In this document: positions 45,791 through 60,199 of the stretch, piece by piece
Position numbering within the stretch: position 1 is the first letter of the stretch
How the letters are laid out: each line of letters begins with the position of its first letter
Origin: the human T2T-CHM13v2.0 reference genome, Homo sapiens
Length of the DNA stretch: 64,000 nucleotides
Reading direction: 5' to 3' (one strand)
Assembly: GCF_009914755.1 (NCBI RefSeq)
Contig: NC_060948.1
The notes under the pieces: generated by a model
Told to the model about the DNA's origin: nothing
Database searches by the model: none
The model's input: only the letters and a program-made list of their open reading frames with translations
Translations under genes and position numbers: made by a program

Positions 45791-48700
45791 CAGCATCACA
45801 TGCCAAAAATGAAGTGAGGCTGCTACCACTGTCCCACCCCCAACATGTTCTGCTGGAGAACAGGTGTAAACATCTGCTTCCCCTATCAGCCTCAGAAAGG
45901 CAGAGTGTTGACTCTTCACAACAGCCAGCAAGTAGTAGCTATACCAGACATTTGGAGAAATGAGAAATACAGCATTCAGTCACCATAAACAGCCCCATGT
46001 TTCACCCATTTGGCATATCACTTTTGAAAGTCCTCCAACTCCTAAAATGCCATCTTAAAGTATACAATGTTTTATTTGGTGATATAATACTCAAACATGT
46101 TGTTTGCCTCTTAAAATGCTTCTGTTTCCTGAAAAAAATTTTCAGAAACATAGCAAGAGCTATAAGCTCCAAGACCATAAGTACTTGTATTATGTATTAT
46201 GCTAGGTATTAATTTGCCAATGGATTTTTAAAACTTCCCTGCTTTCCTCTTGGTAGCCAATAATACTGACATAGTTTAAGGTGTAAGAGTGCAGGTTGTA
46301 ATAAAACATTGTTAAAAATTTAAACTATAAAAAAGTTAAGAGTTTCTTAAAAGTACATATTCTATGAAGACACAACTGTGTGAACATTTATGTACCTTAA
46401 AGGATCATACTAGGTTACAAAACTATGGTTTCTCTATGAAGAGATTTATGTCACTAAATGGCTGCTATCTGCTTTACTGAAGACTGAGACAGTATGGAGA
46501 AAAATTAAAATTGGGAGGTAGTGGCCATTCATCTTTACATTTTTACAAGCTTTATACAGGAAGCTTTACAGCTTGTGATAGGTAGTCCAACTATCCTACC
46601 TTTGAGATTCTACCAAAATAACACTTCTAAAGGTAACGTCTATTAGTACCTTAAGCTCAACATTCCTGCTGGGGCAAACCTATAAACATTCCATTTGCTG
46701 AAAAAGGACTTCAAATCCCACATCAAGCTTTCTACCTCAATCTTGGGGCTAGAACTCTAACATTAGCTAAGCCTAAGCCATAGGTTAAGGCTCTCCAGCC
46801 ATGCTATCAACAGGATAAATGAATACTTCTATAACCGAGGTAACTCTTAGACTCCAACTGAAAGAGAAACAATTATTCCTGGGGCTCTCTATGATCAAAG
46901 CCATCATAGGACTACTTTGATAAAAGAGTTGAACCTAAGTGCTTTGAAGACAACCTTATAAAACTGTCATCATAGTAATGATGGTGTCCCAGGAATGCTC
47001 AAGTTGACAATGATCCTTTTCTAAAGAATGTCATTAGTTGGTTTTGAATATGTTTTTTAAAAAGAAAAACTTTGGAAAAATACCAGTAGGAAATTCACTA
47101 GAATGTTAATAATTTCTTCTGAAAAGTATGGTTATGGATGGTTATGGACAATTTTTCTTAGCTTTCATAGCTGAAACAATCCCTTTTCATAACAAATATT
47201 TTCAACACCTCCTTACTATCCTGAAATAAAAATCACTGATATAAAACTTACATAAAATCATTTAAAAAAATAACATAATATGAAGAAGAAATAAGAGCAA
47301 AGCACTTTATAATAAAATATGTATTTTAATGTGTTAATGCTTGGGCCAGTAAACTAGAAGGCATAAAGAAGCAGTCAGAGATTTGGATGCATCATATAAT
47401 TATCATGGAGGCGGAGGTTAAATGCAGATCTATAGAACGTGTGGCATGATGTACTCATTATGTAAGTGGCATTGCTGTCAGGGATAAATAAAACTAAGAG
47501 CAGTTTCTCCTCATTTACATGGTGGTTGAATTTTTAGAACTGTCTTCCTCCCCACTGCCCCTCAAAAATGAGCTTAAACATAAAATCAAGTTTGTTTTTA
47601 GACTCAGATAACTGATAGGTTTTCATCTATGACTGTCAAGGGAGACAGTCAAAAGTCAAGCAAGCTTCAGGATACTTGTTTGATATGGGGCATTTTAGGA
47701 TATCTAGCATCTCTCACCCTTTCCATTTAATGCATGCAGAACATCCCCCATCGCTGTATTCCCTGAAAGTAGCCCTATGAATTTTTACAACTTCCTCTAG
47801 CAATTCTCCTGCTGCTTTTGAGAGCTACTGCTTTATATTTTTCTATACTTCATGAATTTTCTTTAATGAAATTTACTATCTTTTATAAACTTTTTTTTAA
47901 AAAAAGCTCTGGCAGAGTTTTAAGCTCATCTGTGTTCCTATAATAAAAAGACATAAGGTCACAAGTCACTAACACAAACTAATATCTTGAAAGCAATTGG
48001 AGGCAGAAGAAATCAAAAAAAGAAAAGGTCAAGAAGTTAAGTATACTATCCTTAGTAGCTGGATAAACCTTTCACATCTTTGGATGAGATGCATGAGAGA
48101 AGTCCAAACAGATACCTCAAAGAACAATTTATTCTATCTTAAAAAAGATTTATGATTAAAGCAGAATTCACTGATGTAAAGGGACACTAGTTCCAAAAAA
48201 TTACAAGGTCTCAAAGGAATACATGTGAGCTTTGATTACGGAGATTTCCTGGGCAACAGCACGACCTAAAATTAATAGAGTCCATAAAAGGAAGATGCCA
48301 AAAGAAACTTTGTGCTTAAGATGGTTTATACAGCTTGGGCTACAGCAAGACACAACCCATATATAGAAAATCACAGCATCTGCAGTATTTTAAGAAACTA
48401 TAGTTGCAAAGCAAGAGCAAATGTACAGTGAGAGGAAAGATCCTTCAAGGCCAGTGTGGAGTCAACCACTAGAGAAGATTCTTCAGTGCATGCTGGATAA
48501 CAGGCAGCTTCTCACATACTGAGTTGGTTGGCTGCCATTTCTCAATCTCTATCTTTTTCCCTGGGACTGCGCATTGTCATCAATTGCAGAAATCCAGGAC
48601 AGCTTGCTTTTCTACATGTGGAATGCCTGCCAATTCCCAGAAGCTGGCTACCGCAAGACGGTTTATTAACAGCAAAGGCTGTTAACAGCCATTGCTTATC

Positions 48701-49789
48701 AAGTTTACCCTTACTTTTATATCCTTATGAACATTATCATGTTATCAAATTTCTCAGACTTTTCAAAACCCTTTCATTCTGGGGACGAGCTATCTTTTCC
48801 TTTTTTTAAAAAAAAATCTGCCTAAAGATTAAACAGGTTAAGAGGAGAAAAATCTATATTTTATTATCTCTCTAAGTCTGTTAAAAGCAACAGAGGCTTG
48901 CTTAAAAAATAGATTTTGGTTGTTATGTAATATACTGCAAAAAATATTACTTTACTACATAAATAACTATTAGATAGCTCATGTACCATGTCTTTAAACT
49001 TAGTCAAACTGTTGTTCTAACTCCACAGTGCAATCTTGTCTGGGAAATACCTTACCATATTAAGCAATCGAGCCCCAGAGAGAGAGGAAAACGAATCAGA
49101 CTTAGGATTTTACCTAAAAGGAGAATGGCAAAAATACTGACTGGTGGTGGAGAGTGGACAGAAATTTGCTGGATACCCTCCAGCAGATAAAGTGGTTTCA
49201 CAAGATTAAGTAACAATATTAAAAAATTCTGCTCGAGCGAAAGGATCCAGCAAATAGCCAGAAGCAATGCTGTGAAAAATTGGAGAAAAAGGGCTGCTAT
49301 TTACTCAAAGGAAGAAGGTGGGAAAAAATAGTAAAGATCTCTGAAACTAGGACTGTTGGAAGCACTGGCAAAGAAGCATAAATGGAATGGGTTATTTAGG
49401 CATAAAAATGAAAGCCTGCTTGCTTGACAGAGAAGTTGCAGGGACTTGACTTGATCAGATGCTCAACAGGTTCCAAACACAATTTGAAACATTTAGTTCT
49501 TGTTCCTTTCCTTTCTACTCATTTCTTTCCCCCTACTTCAGCAATCTCCTTTAAAACTTATTCCTCAAAATTCTTCAGTTATGTGTCAGAACACATGTTG
49601 GAGTTATAGAGGATGTGGGGCTACTTCTGTGACTCTCCAAATAATCCATTCTTTAAGGATAAATTAATAACTTCAAAATCACATGATCCTAAGGCCAATA
49701 AAAGTATTCCGAAAGCCTTACTCTCATCCAGATGTAGGAACTTATAAATTTGGAAAATAATTTAAATGGATTGTAATCATCTCTGTTTA

Positions 49790-49970
49790 AATGTATTAGC
49801 TCATTTTCATTTCACAATTCTAAGAGGTAGACTATTATTATCCCTACTTTACAGATGAGGAAACTGAGGCATAGAAAGGTTAAATAACCTATCCAAAGTA
49901 GTTAAATGGTTAAGCTGGGGTTAAATGCAGGGAGTCTACCTCCTGGGTGTGTCCTCTTAACTATTATGCT
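49790..49970 (-). mobile_element. MIR SINE
   Basis: tttacagatgaggaaactgaggcatagaaaggttaa. Confidence 0.8.
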
Positions 49971-50280
49971 GTATTATTTGTCATAACATTATGTGATATA
50001 AGAGATATAACAGATATAAAGATACAAATTTGGAAGGTAGTGCAACAGCTGTGCACTAGGACTACAACTATGTGACACTAGCAAGGTACTTAATCTCCTG
50101 GGCCTCAGCTGTTAACTTTAAAATGACAGTGTTAACTAGGTGGCCTTTAAAGTATTTTTTAGCTTTAAATTTAGTCTATAACTGTCATTCTAGCCACCCC
50201 AGAGAAATCAAATTTTAATATACAGTAACACATTTTAGGTGTTGTTTTATTTCTAATAAAAGTTTTTCCAAGAGTCTTCT

Positions 50281-50566
50281 TTTTTTTGGGGGGATAGGGT
50301 CTTGCTCTGTTGCCCAGGCTGATGTGCAGTGGTGCGATCTTGGCTCACTGCAACCTCCGCCTCCCGGGTTCAAGTGATTCTCATGCCTCAGCCTCCTGAG
50401 TAGCTGGGATTACAGGTGGGTGCCATCACACCCAGCTAATTTTGTATTTTTAGTAGAGATGGGGTTTCACTGTTGACCAGGCTGGTCTCGACCTCCTGAC
50501 TTCAAGGTCCATCTGCCTCGGCCTCCTAAAGTGCTAGGATTACAGGTGTGAGCCACCATGGCTGGC
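50281..50566 (-). mobile_element. AluS
   Basis: Antisense dimer; TSD ccaagagtcttct. Confidence 0.92.
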
Positions 50567-51019
50567 CCCAAGAGTCTTCTTAACTGAAATTGAAGTGACA
50601 GTTATTCAAAGATGTAATAGAGCTGAAGAAAATTTGGCAAAGGAGACCAAGAGGTAAGTTAACAGATCATTTGCAGACATAGTAATTAATAGAATCCCTC
50701 TGATGTAGTAAGAAGAGTCTTATGACATCCCTGGACTCCAAAGGCCTCTAGACAAGTTTGCAGAAAGGAAGAAATTTCTAGTTCAAAAGACACCAGAAGA
50801 TGCCCTGTAATGTCCAGCTCTCCTATACCATTGCACGGCCCATTTATAAACAGACTGAGCAGATTTCATGGGAAATAGCCCTTGAAAAAAAAAAAAAGGT
50901 AAAATAAGAACAATGATAAAACTGCCTATTGTTTCATGTGTTTTGTTTGATTTCGTTTTGGAAAAAGGGGGAAACTGCATCCATATTCTCAGGGTCAGGT
51001 ACCAGGATTGCTCAGTTTC

Positions 51020-52180
51020 CTTTCTGATTCTTCCCCTTCTCCTCACTTTGAATTTCGGAGTGCTCCAGGGCTCTTTCGGCCTCTTCTCTGTCTACATTCA
51101 TTCTCTTCGTGGTCACATTCAATCTCATGGTTTTAAAATACAATCTTTAGGTTTACTGATATCCAATTTGTAGTTCCATCCTGGCCCTTAAACCTGAATT
51201 GCAGATTCCTATATCTAACTGTCCTCTTGACATTTCCATGTGGAAATATGTCAATTAGACCTATTAGATTTAACAATTCTAAAACCAAAACCAAATGTCT
51301 ACTTTTCCCCCACCAAATGTATTATGTATTCTTCTTGTAGTATTCTCCATCTCAATTAATAAAATTCCATGCTTTTAGTTGCCTTAGCTAAAACGTCTTA
51401 GTGTCAACCTTGACCTTCTGTTTTCTCACCTGATATCCAAGAAAACAGCAAATCTCATTGGTTCTAACTTCAATATATATCCTGAATATGACAACTTCTC
51501 AGCATCTTTACTGCTTGCTATTATCCTGGTACAAACCACCGTCAGTTTTCTCCTGGATTACTGTATTATAATGGCCTCCTAACTGATGTCCCTGCTTCCA
51601 CTAACGTCCTCCCAGAGTACATTCTCCAAAATAGCAGGCAGTAATCCTTTAAAACATAAGTATAATCATGTCACTCTTCTGCTCAAAACTACAAAAGCCA
51701 AAGTTCTTATAACTTATCAGTCTATGCCATTTGGCCTTCTTGCACATTCCACTCTAGCCACACTGGTTTTTTTTTAATCTGTTCTCAAGCATGCCAGATA
51801 CCTATCTTAGGGTCTTTGCAATTGCAATTCCCTCTGCCCATAACACTCTACCCTACATGTCCACATAGTTTCCCACCTTGCTTCCTTTAAGACTAGGCTT
51901 AAATCATATTTTCTCAGTAAGGCCAATCCTGACCACCCTACTTATAATGTCAACCTCCTTCCATGTTGGCACTTCTGATTCCTCCTTAGCCTACTCTATA
52001 TGGTTTTTCCATAGCACGTATCACCTTTTAACATAGTATTTACTTTACATATTTATGTTGTCTGTCTCCCCCACTAGAATGTAAATTCCATAAGAGCAGG
52101 GCTGTTTGTTCATTGTTGCATCCCCAGAATCTAGAAAAGTGCTTGATCATAATCGGCGCTTAAAAGCACTTGTTGAATTA
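51020..52180 (+). mobile_element. L2 LINE 3' part
   Basis: ggagtgctccagggctc, tctcctggattactg and ccccactagaatgtaaattcc motifs. Confidence 0.75.
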
Positions 52181-53804
52181 AGATGCTTACAAAAGTGAAG
52201 GCAGGACAAAATGGAAAATGCATTTAGTGGCTTTTGGTATATTTCTATTTATTTCTATGGCATTAATTTTCTGTTAAAGTTCAAAACTCAGCTCTGCTAG
52301 CAAATTCCAATTGTGTTCTTTCATTTAGTTTGAAAACTTTGCATTTAATAGCTTGACTCTTTTAGAAGACTTTTACCAACAGATCTCTCCACGAGCATAC
52401 CCCCAGTTATCTAAGGCAGGTACCTTGATATCTATAATTTAGTAACTCTTTAACACTATCTCCTTTACCAATGAGTTCTGAGGGATGATTAGTAATCCAG
52501 ACCTACTGATTGCATTCTGGATGGGGACAGCTATATTGCTAACTTTGAGGGTAAGGTTTCAGTAATTTTGTTCAGATTGAGTGCCACCTGATTTATCTAA
52601 AAGCAACAGAGATTCTAGGGGAAAAGAAAAGTATGAAAAGTCTTACTTCCTGACATACATAACTACCCACCTATGTCAAGGATAGCAGAAGAATGCTGAT
52701 GCTCTACCCACTGAATCCTGATACTCTGAGTAGGCTTTTAAGTTGTCCTTCAAGAAGACGTTCCTTCACTCAAGGAGGTGAGATGCTACTAGCAAGTCAA
52801 TTCGAACATGTAGCCTGCTGAGTAAAAAAACCAAATGGATGAATAGGGAATAGAAAAGGATGTAAGTCCTAATTTCAGTTTTGCTTCACTACAGTCAAAC
52901 AAAGAGGTTCCCTGAAAAAAGGTACAGGTTGCTCACCTAGCAGAGATGTCATGCCCAAATAATTCTTAATTTCTCTGAGCCTCAGTCTTCTTAACCATAA
53001 AATTGGTTCCTAATCCAAGATATCTCTAGATCCTCTTCCAATCCTATGATACCAAAAGTTGGGAGGCAAGTACCTTTACTACATTGAACCGGGTCCTTCA
53101 ACAATTCCTTAAAAACAAAAGCAATTTGTCTTCTGCTCAGCTTCTTTAGTGCACCATTCTGCCTGTTCACCAACATCTTTTCTGTTGACCACTTGTGCCC
53201 TCTAGTGATAAATTCAATTATACAACAGGATTGGCTTGGAAAACAGCTCCAGAGCAAACAGGGAAAACCGTAAGAAAGCAACAGATAAAACTCAATGTAA
53301 AGAAAATGGAATCCAGGTCAAAGATGCAGGTAAAAAAAGATGGAAATAATCCAAAAGGTCATTATCTTCTGTGGCATACCTATGCTTGTTCCCTCCAGGG
53401 CAAACATTCTATGTGATTACTACTATAGTAAAGAAAACAGCAAACACACTGCTGAATATAAAAGCATTTTCAGATATAATTAGAATAACCCTATTCCTCA
53501 AATTAAGATGCAGATTATTTTTCATTTAGAAAGACAAGGGATCTATTAAGATTCTCAGAGACTGTCATATACCTAATGTGGATAAACAAAACAGAATTGT
53601 TTTTAAACACATCTGTCAAGGAGATGCTAAGATGTCAATTTTATATATTAATTGCTAGTTTCACTGGTTCATGGATTTACCAGTGGAGATGGGTTCAGAC
53701 TAAAACTATGCACTGTGTTGGGCTTAAGTAGGGTCCCCAGCCTTCTAAGCATGTTCCTTGCTGTTCCCAGCATAGCAATGCATGACTAGTCTATCACATA
53801 CTCT

Positions 53805-54786
53805 CTTTTTAAAAATTTTAAATTGTTGCATTACAATAGTACATATTTATGTGGTACAAAGTGATATTTCAATACATATATGCAATATGTAACGATCAAA
53901 TCAAGGTAATCAGCATATCTAGCATCAAAAATAATTTATGTTAGGAACATTCAAAATCCTCTCTTCTAGCTATTTGAAAATATACAATAAATTATCATTA
54001 ACTATATTCACCCTTTAGTGCTATAGAACACCAGAACTTATTCCCCCTACCTGTAATTTTATATCTGTTAACCAACCTCTGACTGTCTCCCTTTTCCAGA
54101 CTCCAGTAACCACAATCCTACTCTCTACTTCTATGAGCTCAACTTTTTAAGATCCTACATATGAGAGAGATCATGAGGTATTTATTTTTCTGTGACTGAC
54201 TTACTTCACCTAACATAATGGCTTCCAGGATCATTCATGTTGCTGTGAATGACATAATTTCATTTTTCTTTATGGCTAAATAGTATTCCACTATGTACAT
54301 ATACCACATGTAATTAATCTGTTCATCTGTTAATGGACATTTAAGTTGATTCCATATCCTGGCTATTGTGAATAGTGCTGCAATAAACATAGGGGTGCAG
54401 ATATCTCTTTGAAAGACAGACAGACAGTGAGAGTGAGAGAGAGAGAGAGAGAGAGAGCAAGAGCCAGAGAGCGAGAGCACCAAATCCTAACCACTAGACC
54501 ACCAGAGAGCGTCATCTCTTTGATACACTGTTTTTCTTTCCTCTGGATAAATACCCAGTAGTGGGACTGCTGAATCATATGGTAGTTCAATTTTTAGTTT
54601 TTGAGGAACCTCCATACTGTTTTCCATAATGGCTACATTAATTTATATTCCCACCAATAGCGTATTAAGAGTTTCTTTTTCTCTATATCCTCACTAGGTT
54701 TTGTTATTTTTTGTCTTTTTGATAACAGCCATTCTAACAGGTCAGATGATCTATTTCATTGTGGTTTTGATTTGCATTTCCCTGAC
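53805..54786 (-). mobile_element. L1MA 3' end
   Basis: ttaggaacattcaaaatcctctcttctagc; ttttgaggaacctccatactgttttcc. Confidence 0.85.
54473..54508 (-). pseudogene. tRNA-Glu(CTC) 5'-half retropseudogene (tailless), followed by a CT-rich microsatellite
   Basis: Minus strand TCTCTGGTGGTCTAGTGGTTAGGATTTGGTGCTCTC is 33/36 identical to recalled tRNA-Glu-CTC nt 1-36. TSD atctctttga at 54403-54412 and 54514-54523. Confidence 0.88.
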
Positions 54787-55001
54787 CAAATATTCTATTG
54801 ATAGCAAACATTATGGCCACTCCTGGCCATAAATCTTACCTGTATATAAATGTTGGTTACATTTTTCTTGGTATATAAAAAAGGAAATGAACTTCAATGA
54901 CCTCAACAGAGATTTAGTTTAAACAGCAGAAAGGTCTTAAACCACGTTGTTGTCACTGCTATACAAGTGAAGTATTAAACAATCTTCTTTTGAAATCTTT
55001 A

Positions 55002-55505
<504 letters not shown>

Positions 55506-57823
55506 TTAGTATCGCTTATTCTTCAGCATTAATGATGAAACGTTTTAAGGTGATGGAAAAGTTCTATATCTTGATTTGGGTAGTGGTTATACTGGTACAT
55601 ACAAGTGTCAAAACCCAGCAAACAGTATATTTAAAATCTGTGCACTAATTGTAAATTATATTTCAGTTTAAAAAAACCAAGATATTAGAGTCTTGGGAAG
55701 AGATAACTTTAAAAATAATAGATATCATCATTCTTAAGGAGTGGACTAGGGAAGAGAAGGAAGCCAGCATGACCTCAATAGCAGATATAGTTTTATTGAA
55801 CTAAAAACCAAGAAGGGAAAGAGCTGCCCTGGCTTCTCAACTGTATCCATGCTGATTAGCTAATAGCACCATTTCAATAGAATGCCCTCTGCTTTAACTG
55901 GCTCATTTGTTGTTGCAGAGCTGAGTCAACTGTACTGCCTGAAGGATGAAAACGGAGCTGGGGTAGAGAGGTGGTCATAAGATGCTACTGATTGTCTTGA
56001 AATAGAAATGTAGGAATTTACACTAGGCCATGATCAGGCATGTGGCTCTGTAGGCCCATACAGATAATGGCATCGTGCCTGCTAGCATTAGGAGAGAGTG
56101 CTCAAGGGAGAAAAAAAGTTAAGAATTTAACTGAAAGAAATGAAACAAGCAAATATAAGACTTTTACAAAAAGGATGCCTCACCCTATGCTGATTCATTA
56201 TCGGCCTTTCTTCTTGCACTATTGGCGAGGCTGGAGATTGGCACTTGGAATATATTTCTTATAGCAACCTTAGCTTATCTGCATAAATTCAAATGTACCA
56301 GTCCACAGATAAGGGGCTGTTTATTCTTTCTGATTCACATTGTTGTTTTCTTGACACATGGTAAACACTAGTAGATGCCTTATGCAATTGGGTGTGTGGA
56401 GTATTTTTTAGTCTGACAAATGCCTTTCACATCAAACTGCAACGGTCTCTGCTTTTCTTCATACTTTCAAGTCAACAGTCCTAAAGTAAAATTCCCTAGG
56501 AAGTACTGCATCAAGATCATCTTAATTTTCCTTACTTGGTACCCTCTAGGCTAGGATTTTCCAGTGCCAAGGAGTTTAGAAAAGTAGAAAATAGAATTTT
56601 CACTGGCAAAAGACATTCTTATGACAACAAAGCCTTCCCTTTTGCAATTCCCTGGATTTAAATGGCCTACGTATGGATAATGTTCCATTTCAGTACTCTA
56701 TTCCTAAGTTATATATGCTTTGAGTTATAATTCCCCAAAGGAACTTTCCTATATTCACTCTTCCTATCTCCAAAAGCCTTTCCAAGCCCCTTGAAGAAAC
56801 TAAGAGTTGCTGTAATTCATACACGTACACACATGCATACACTCTTGCCCCAAGGAACCTCTATATACTATTTCCACACCTCATAGCTTGCCTTTATGAA
56901 ATAGCCCCAGCTTCAGCCAAGGGCAGGCAATTCTCACCTATGTCACCATTAGTCATTAAAGGCACTACTTTCTGGAAGGCTACTATTGTCTGTTTTGGAT
57001 CTAGACAAAAATATAGGCAGATCAATGACAATATATTATTTATATCTTCTCTGCTAAAGATGAGTTAGATGTTAATTTTCAGTACAGGTTATCAAATATA
57101 CTCTGAGAACATACTTCCAATAAGTTGTAGGATACGATACAAAACGTCATCTTTTTACATAATTTCAATAGAAAAGCACATGTATTTCAATTAATTTAGT
57201 CAAAACCAAATTCCTTACTTCTTGGAAAACAGTACTGAAAAGAAAACCACCACCAATCTTGTCTGAGTGGCTTACAGGAGCCTCGAGTGTCTTCAGAAAA
57301 GCTGAACTTAGGCCTTTCACTGCAGGGAAGAGTTGGATGTCAGGCCTTAAAAGGCGAGAGTTATATAAGATGCCAGATGTTTAATCTTATCTCAAAGTCA
57401 AATATAAACGACTTGGGGACTGTCTGATGTTTTACATTCTCCACATTTATGTCCCTCTCTATTAGTGTGGATCCAAAAAGGAACTGGTATCACTCTTCAC
57501 TTTTCATTCAAAGATTTCAAAGTACTTCATATAATCCAATGACATAGTCACAAGAGAGAAAATGATGGATCCTATAACAGTGTGAAAGACTGGCAGCAGG
57601 CATAGAAAAATGTAGGAAACTGGTTCAAGAGTATAGGCATTGTTACACCACATGAGAAAATAGTACCATAAACTAATACCTGCTCCATCTCTTAGAGGAA
57701 TGTCTATCTCCAAACTCCCTCTCAACTAAAATCTGCATAAGTCTTGCCCTTTCTTCTACTAAAATTACATACAAGAGCAAGACTGTGCTCTCAAGAGACA
57801 TGCCTCACTGGCTTGTCACTTAC

Positions 57824-57865
57824 CCATGTTTCTTTGACCTCTTCAGAGCCATCAGTTTCATCCTC
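57824..57865 (-). pseudogene. PPP1R12B: PPP1R12B pseudo-exon, 42 bp
   Basis: tttttag|GAG...TGG|gtaagt. Translates EDETDGSEEVKETW, in phase with the previous exon. Confidence 0.93.
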
Positions 57866-58103
57866 CTAAAAAAGAAAAGGGAAGAAAATCAAGAGGCTCA
57901 TCATCACAGACATCCTTGAAAACAACAAGGTCAGATCCCATCAATTATGCATCTTGGCATTTCAAACATGGGCAATGAGAATTGACTTCCAAGTGATGCT
58001 CTGTTACTGCTACTTTTCACAGCCATCACAGGCAGGCAACTTAGAAATGTCACCTGTAGTCTAAAAAGTCAAATCGACCACAGTTGGTAAAGGGATATCT
58101 TTA

Positions 58104-58131
58104 AGACAGACAGACAGACAGACAGACAGAC
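58104..58131. repeat. (GACA)n microsatellite
   Basis: Direct reading. Confidence 0.9.
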
Positions 58132-58965
58132 TTAATTTCATCTTTGTCAATACTTATCAGTCAATTTGGCCCTAAAACAATGAAATATTTTTATCTAAAA
58201 ATAATTTATAATGGATGACTATTACTGTCTCATTTCTTGTCTCACTGAATAAAGTGTGTCCAATTTTCAAAGGAGTCATTGGTAGGCAGGGTCATCTTGT
58301 CCAAGTTATTGGCCACTTGTTCTTTAAAATGCCAATAACAAGGTTGAATGAGGCTACAGAACAAGATATGGAAGAGGATGAATGGAACTACTGAATGAGT
58401 ATTTGTAGTTAGTAAACATTGGCATATCTGTCTTTATTTTAAAGCCAAAGTTCATCTATTTTATGTTATTTGTTCCACTTTTTCTCCAAAACAGTAAAAC
58501 TAAGTGAACTTGTATTACTTAGAGGTTTTAAGTTCCTTGAACTTCTTGTAGTACTCCTACAATATTTAGTTAGAATCTGCTCATATGTGGCGTTAAGATA
58601 TTGTTGACTCACTACATGACATTCAGGAAATATTAGGAAGGACTACTAAAACTCAACAAGCTTATTCATTTGTTAATATTTGTTTATATGGCTGTTGTAC
58701 ATTTCCAGTTTTTTAATTCTTTGCCAATTATTTACTGAGTGCCTGCCATGTGCTTAGTTAGCACTGTACTAGATACTGGGAATCTAGCCGGAACATACCA
58801 AATGAGTCCCACACTAGTTAGGTCTTTCTTCTCTTTTCCTCAGTAATACTTCCTGAGAAACTGCAAGATTCATGGCACCATGAAGGACTCTTTCTTTTAA
58901 ACTCAACTGTAAGAATGGTGACCAAGAGTAATACGATATGCCTCAGCACAGACAAATCTACTTAC

Positions 58966-59078
58966 ATCCTTTGACCAGAAATTGATGTCTGTGCCTCTTC
59001 ATCGTTCCTTGGGCCACCTCCTCTCTTGGACAGACAGCCTCTTAGAGGACTGCTCATCCAAATCTGCTTCTTCATTCT
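58966..59078 (-). pseudogene. PPP1R12B: PPP1R12B pseudo-exon, 113 bp, in-frame TGA
   Basis: ggccag|AGAAT...GAT|gtaag after an 88-bp intron. Translates (E)NEEADLDEQSSKRLSVQERRWPKER*RGTDINFWSKD versus recalled MYPT2 ...SIRERRRPKERRRGTGINFWTKD. Stop at 58999-59001. Confidence 0.95.
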
Positions 59079-59166
59079 CTGGCCAGAGATAAAATAAAGT
59101 ATGAACTTTAAGAATCTGCGGGATGTGCACTGTGGAGGGGCCTGTGTCTTTTGAAGCTCTACATAC

Positions 59167-59356
59167 CATTTTTGTCCATTTCCTTTGCAGTTGTAGTGTT
59201 TGTGGTAGTCTTTGAACTCTCAGAATCAGGGACTGAAAATCTATTTGTCCATAGCAGGTGGGAACTGGTGTAGAGTGAGGGTCTTGATGTAGAAGGAGAT
59301 GCTGGCGTGGTGGGTTTGTCTGGCTGAGCTGGGCACCTCAGGTGATGACAGATAGG
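59167..59356 (-). pseudogene. PPP1R12B: PPP1R12B pseudo-exon, 190 bp, contains the HS-M21 start ATG (59177-59179)
   Basis: tttccag|CCT...AATG|gtatgt. Translates PICHHLRCPAQPDKPTTPASPSTSRPSLYTSSHLLWTNRFSVPDSESSKTTTNTTTAKEMDKN (ORF track 59159..59371). Confidence 0.95.
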
Positions 59357-59889
59357 CTGGAAATAATCCACAACATGAGATATTAGAAATCAAGTCCATC
59401 TAAAGAGTAAGGACAGCAGGTTTATACAAAATGTTTTTTTTTCTATATTAAGAGGCTTTTGAGGAGATGATGATCAATATTGAGTACCTGGTAATAGGTA
59501 CTCAATAAATGAACTAAGCTAAAGTTAGTTAATTAGACAGAAAAAAAAAACAGCTTCTAGACTCCTACTCTGAGAATCCCATCATGTTGAGAACAGTTCA
59601 AGCAAATTATTCATCAATTAACCAAAGGGTACTAGATAGCATTAACCATGTAAAAAATTCCTTTGATCTTGGAATGAAAATAAGAATGATGGCCTTTTTA
59701 AGATGGAGGGCTGAAAGGCAAGGTTTATGTAGGGAAACAAAAAGATCAGGAGCATGAAGAAGCAAAAAGTAGGGATTACTTGAGAACAGAGAACAAATGT
59801 GATAATCCTACCGAGTTCTGAATACTCTACCACCTTGCCATAACCAGGCTTACTGAAACTTTCTAAAGTTCCCATTTTCCTTTTTGTAG

Positions 59890-60021
59890 TTTTGTTTTGT
59901 TGTTGTTGTTCTATTTTCTTTTCTTTTTTTTGAGATGGAGTCTTGCTCTGTTGCCCAGGCTGGAGTGCAACGGTGCAATCTTGGCTCACTGCAACCTCTG
60001 CCTCCTGGGTTCAAGCAATTC
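59890..60021 (-). mobile_element. Alu right-arm fragment
   Basis: tgagatggagtcttgctctg...ttcaagcaattct, then similarity stops. Confidence 0.85.
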
Positions 60022-60199
60022 TGGTCTATTGTGGTCTTTTTTTTTTTTTAAACCTGAGAGTTAGGACAGATAGAGCCTAACAATAAGACTTAACTTGGTT
60101 TATGGAAGACTCAGAGATAGATAAATCCTTACTACACATTAAATTTATGACATAGAGATTGTACACATTTTTGTGATTTATAAAGACATAATACAATAA

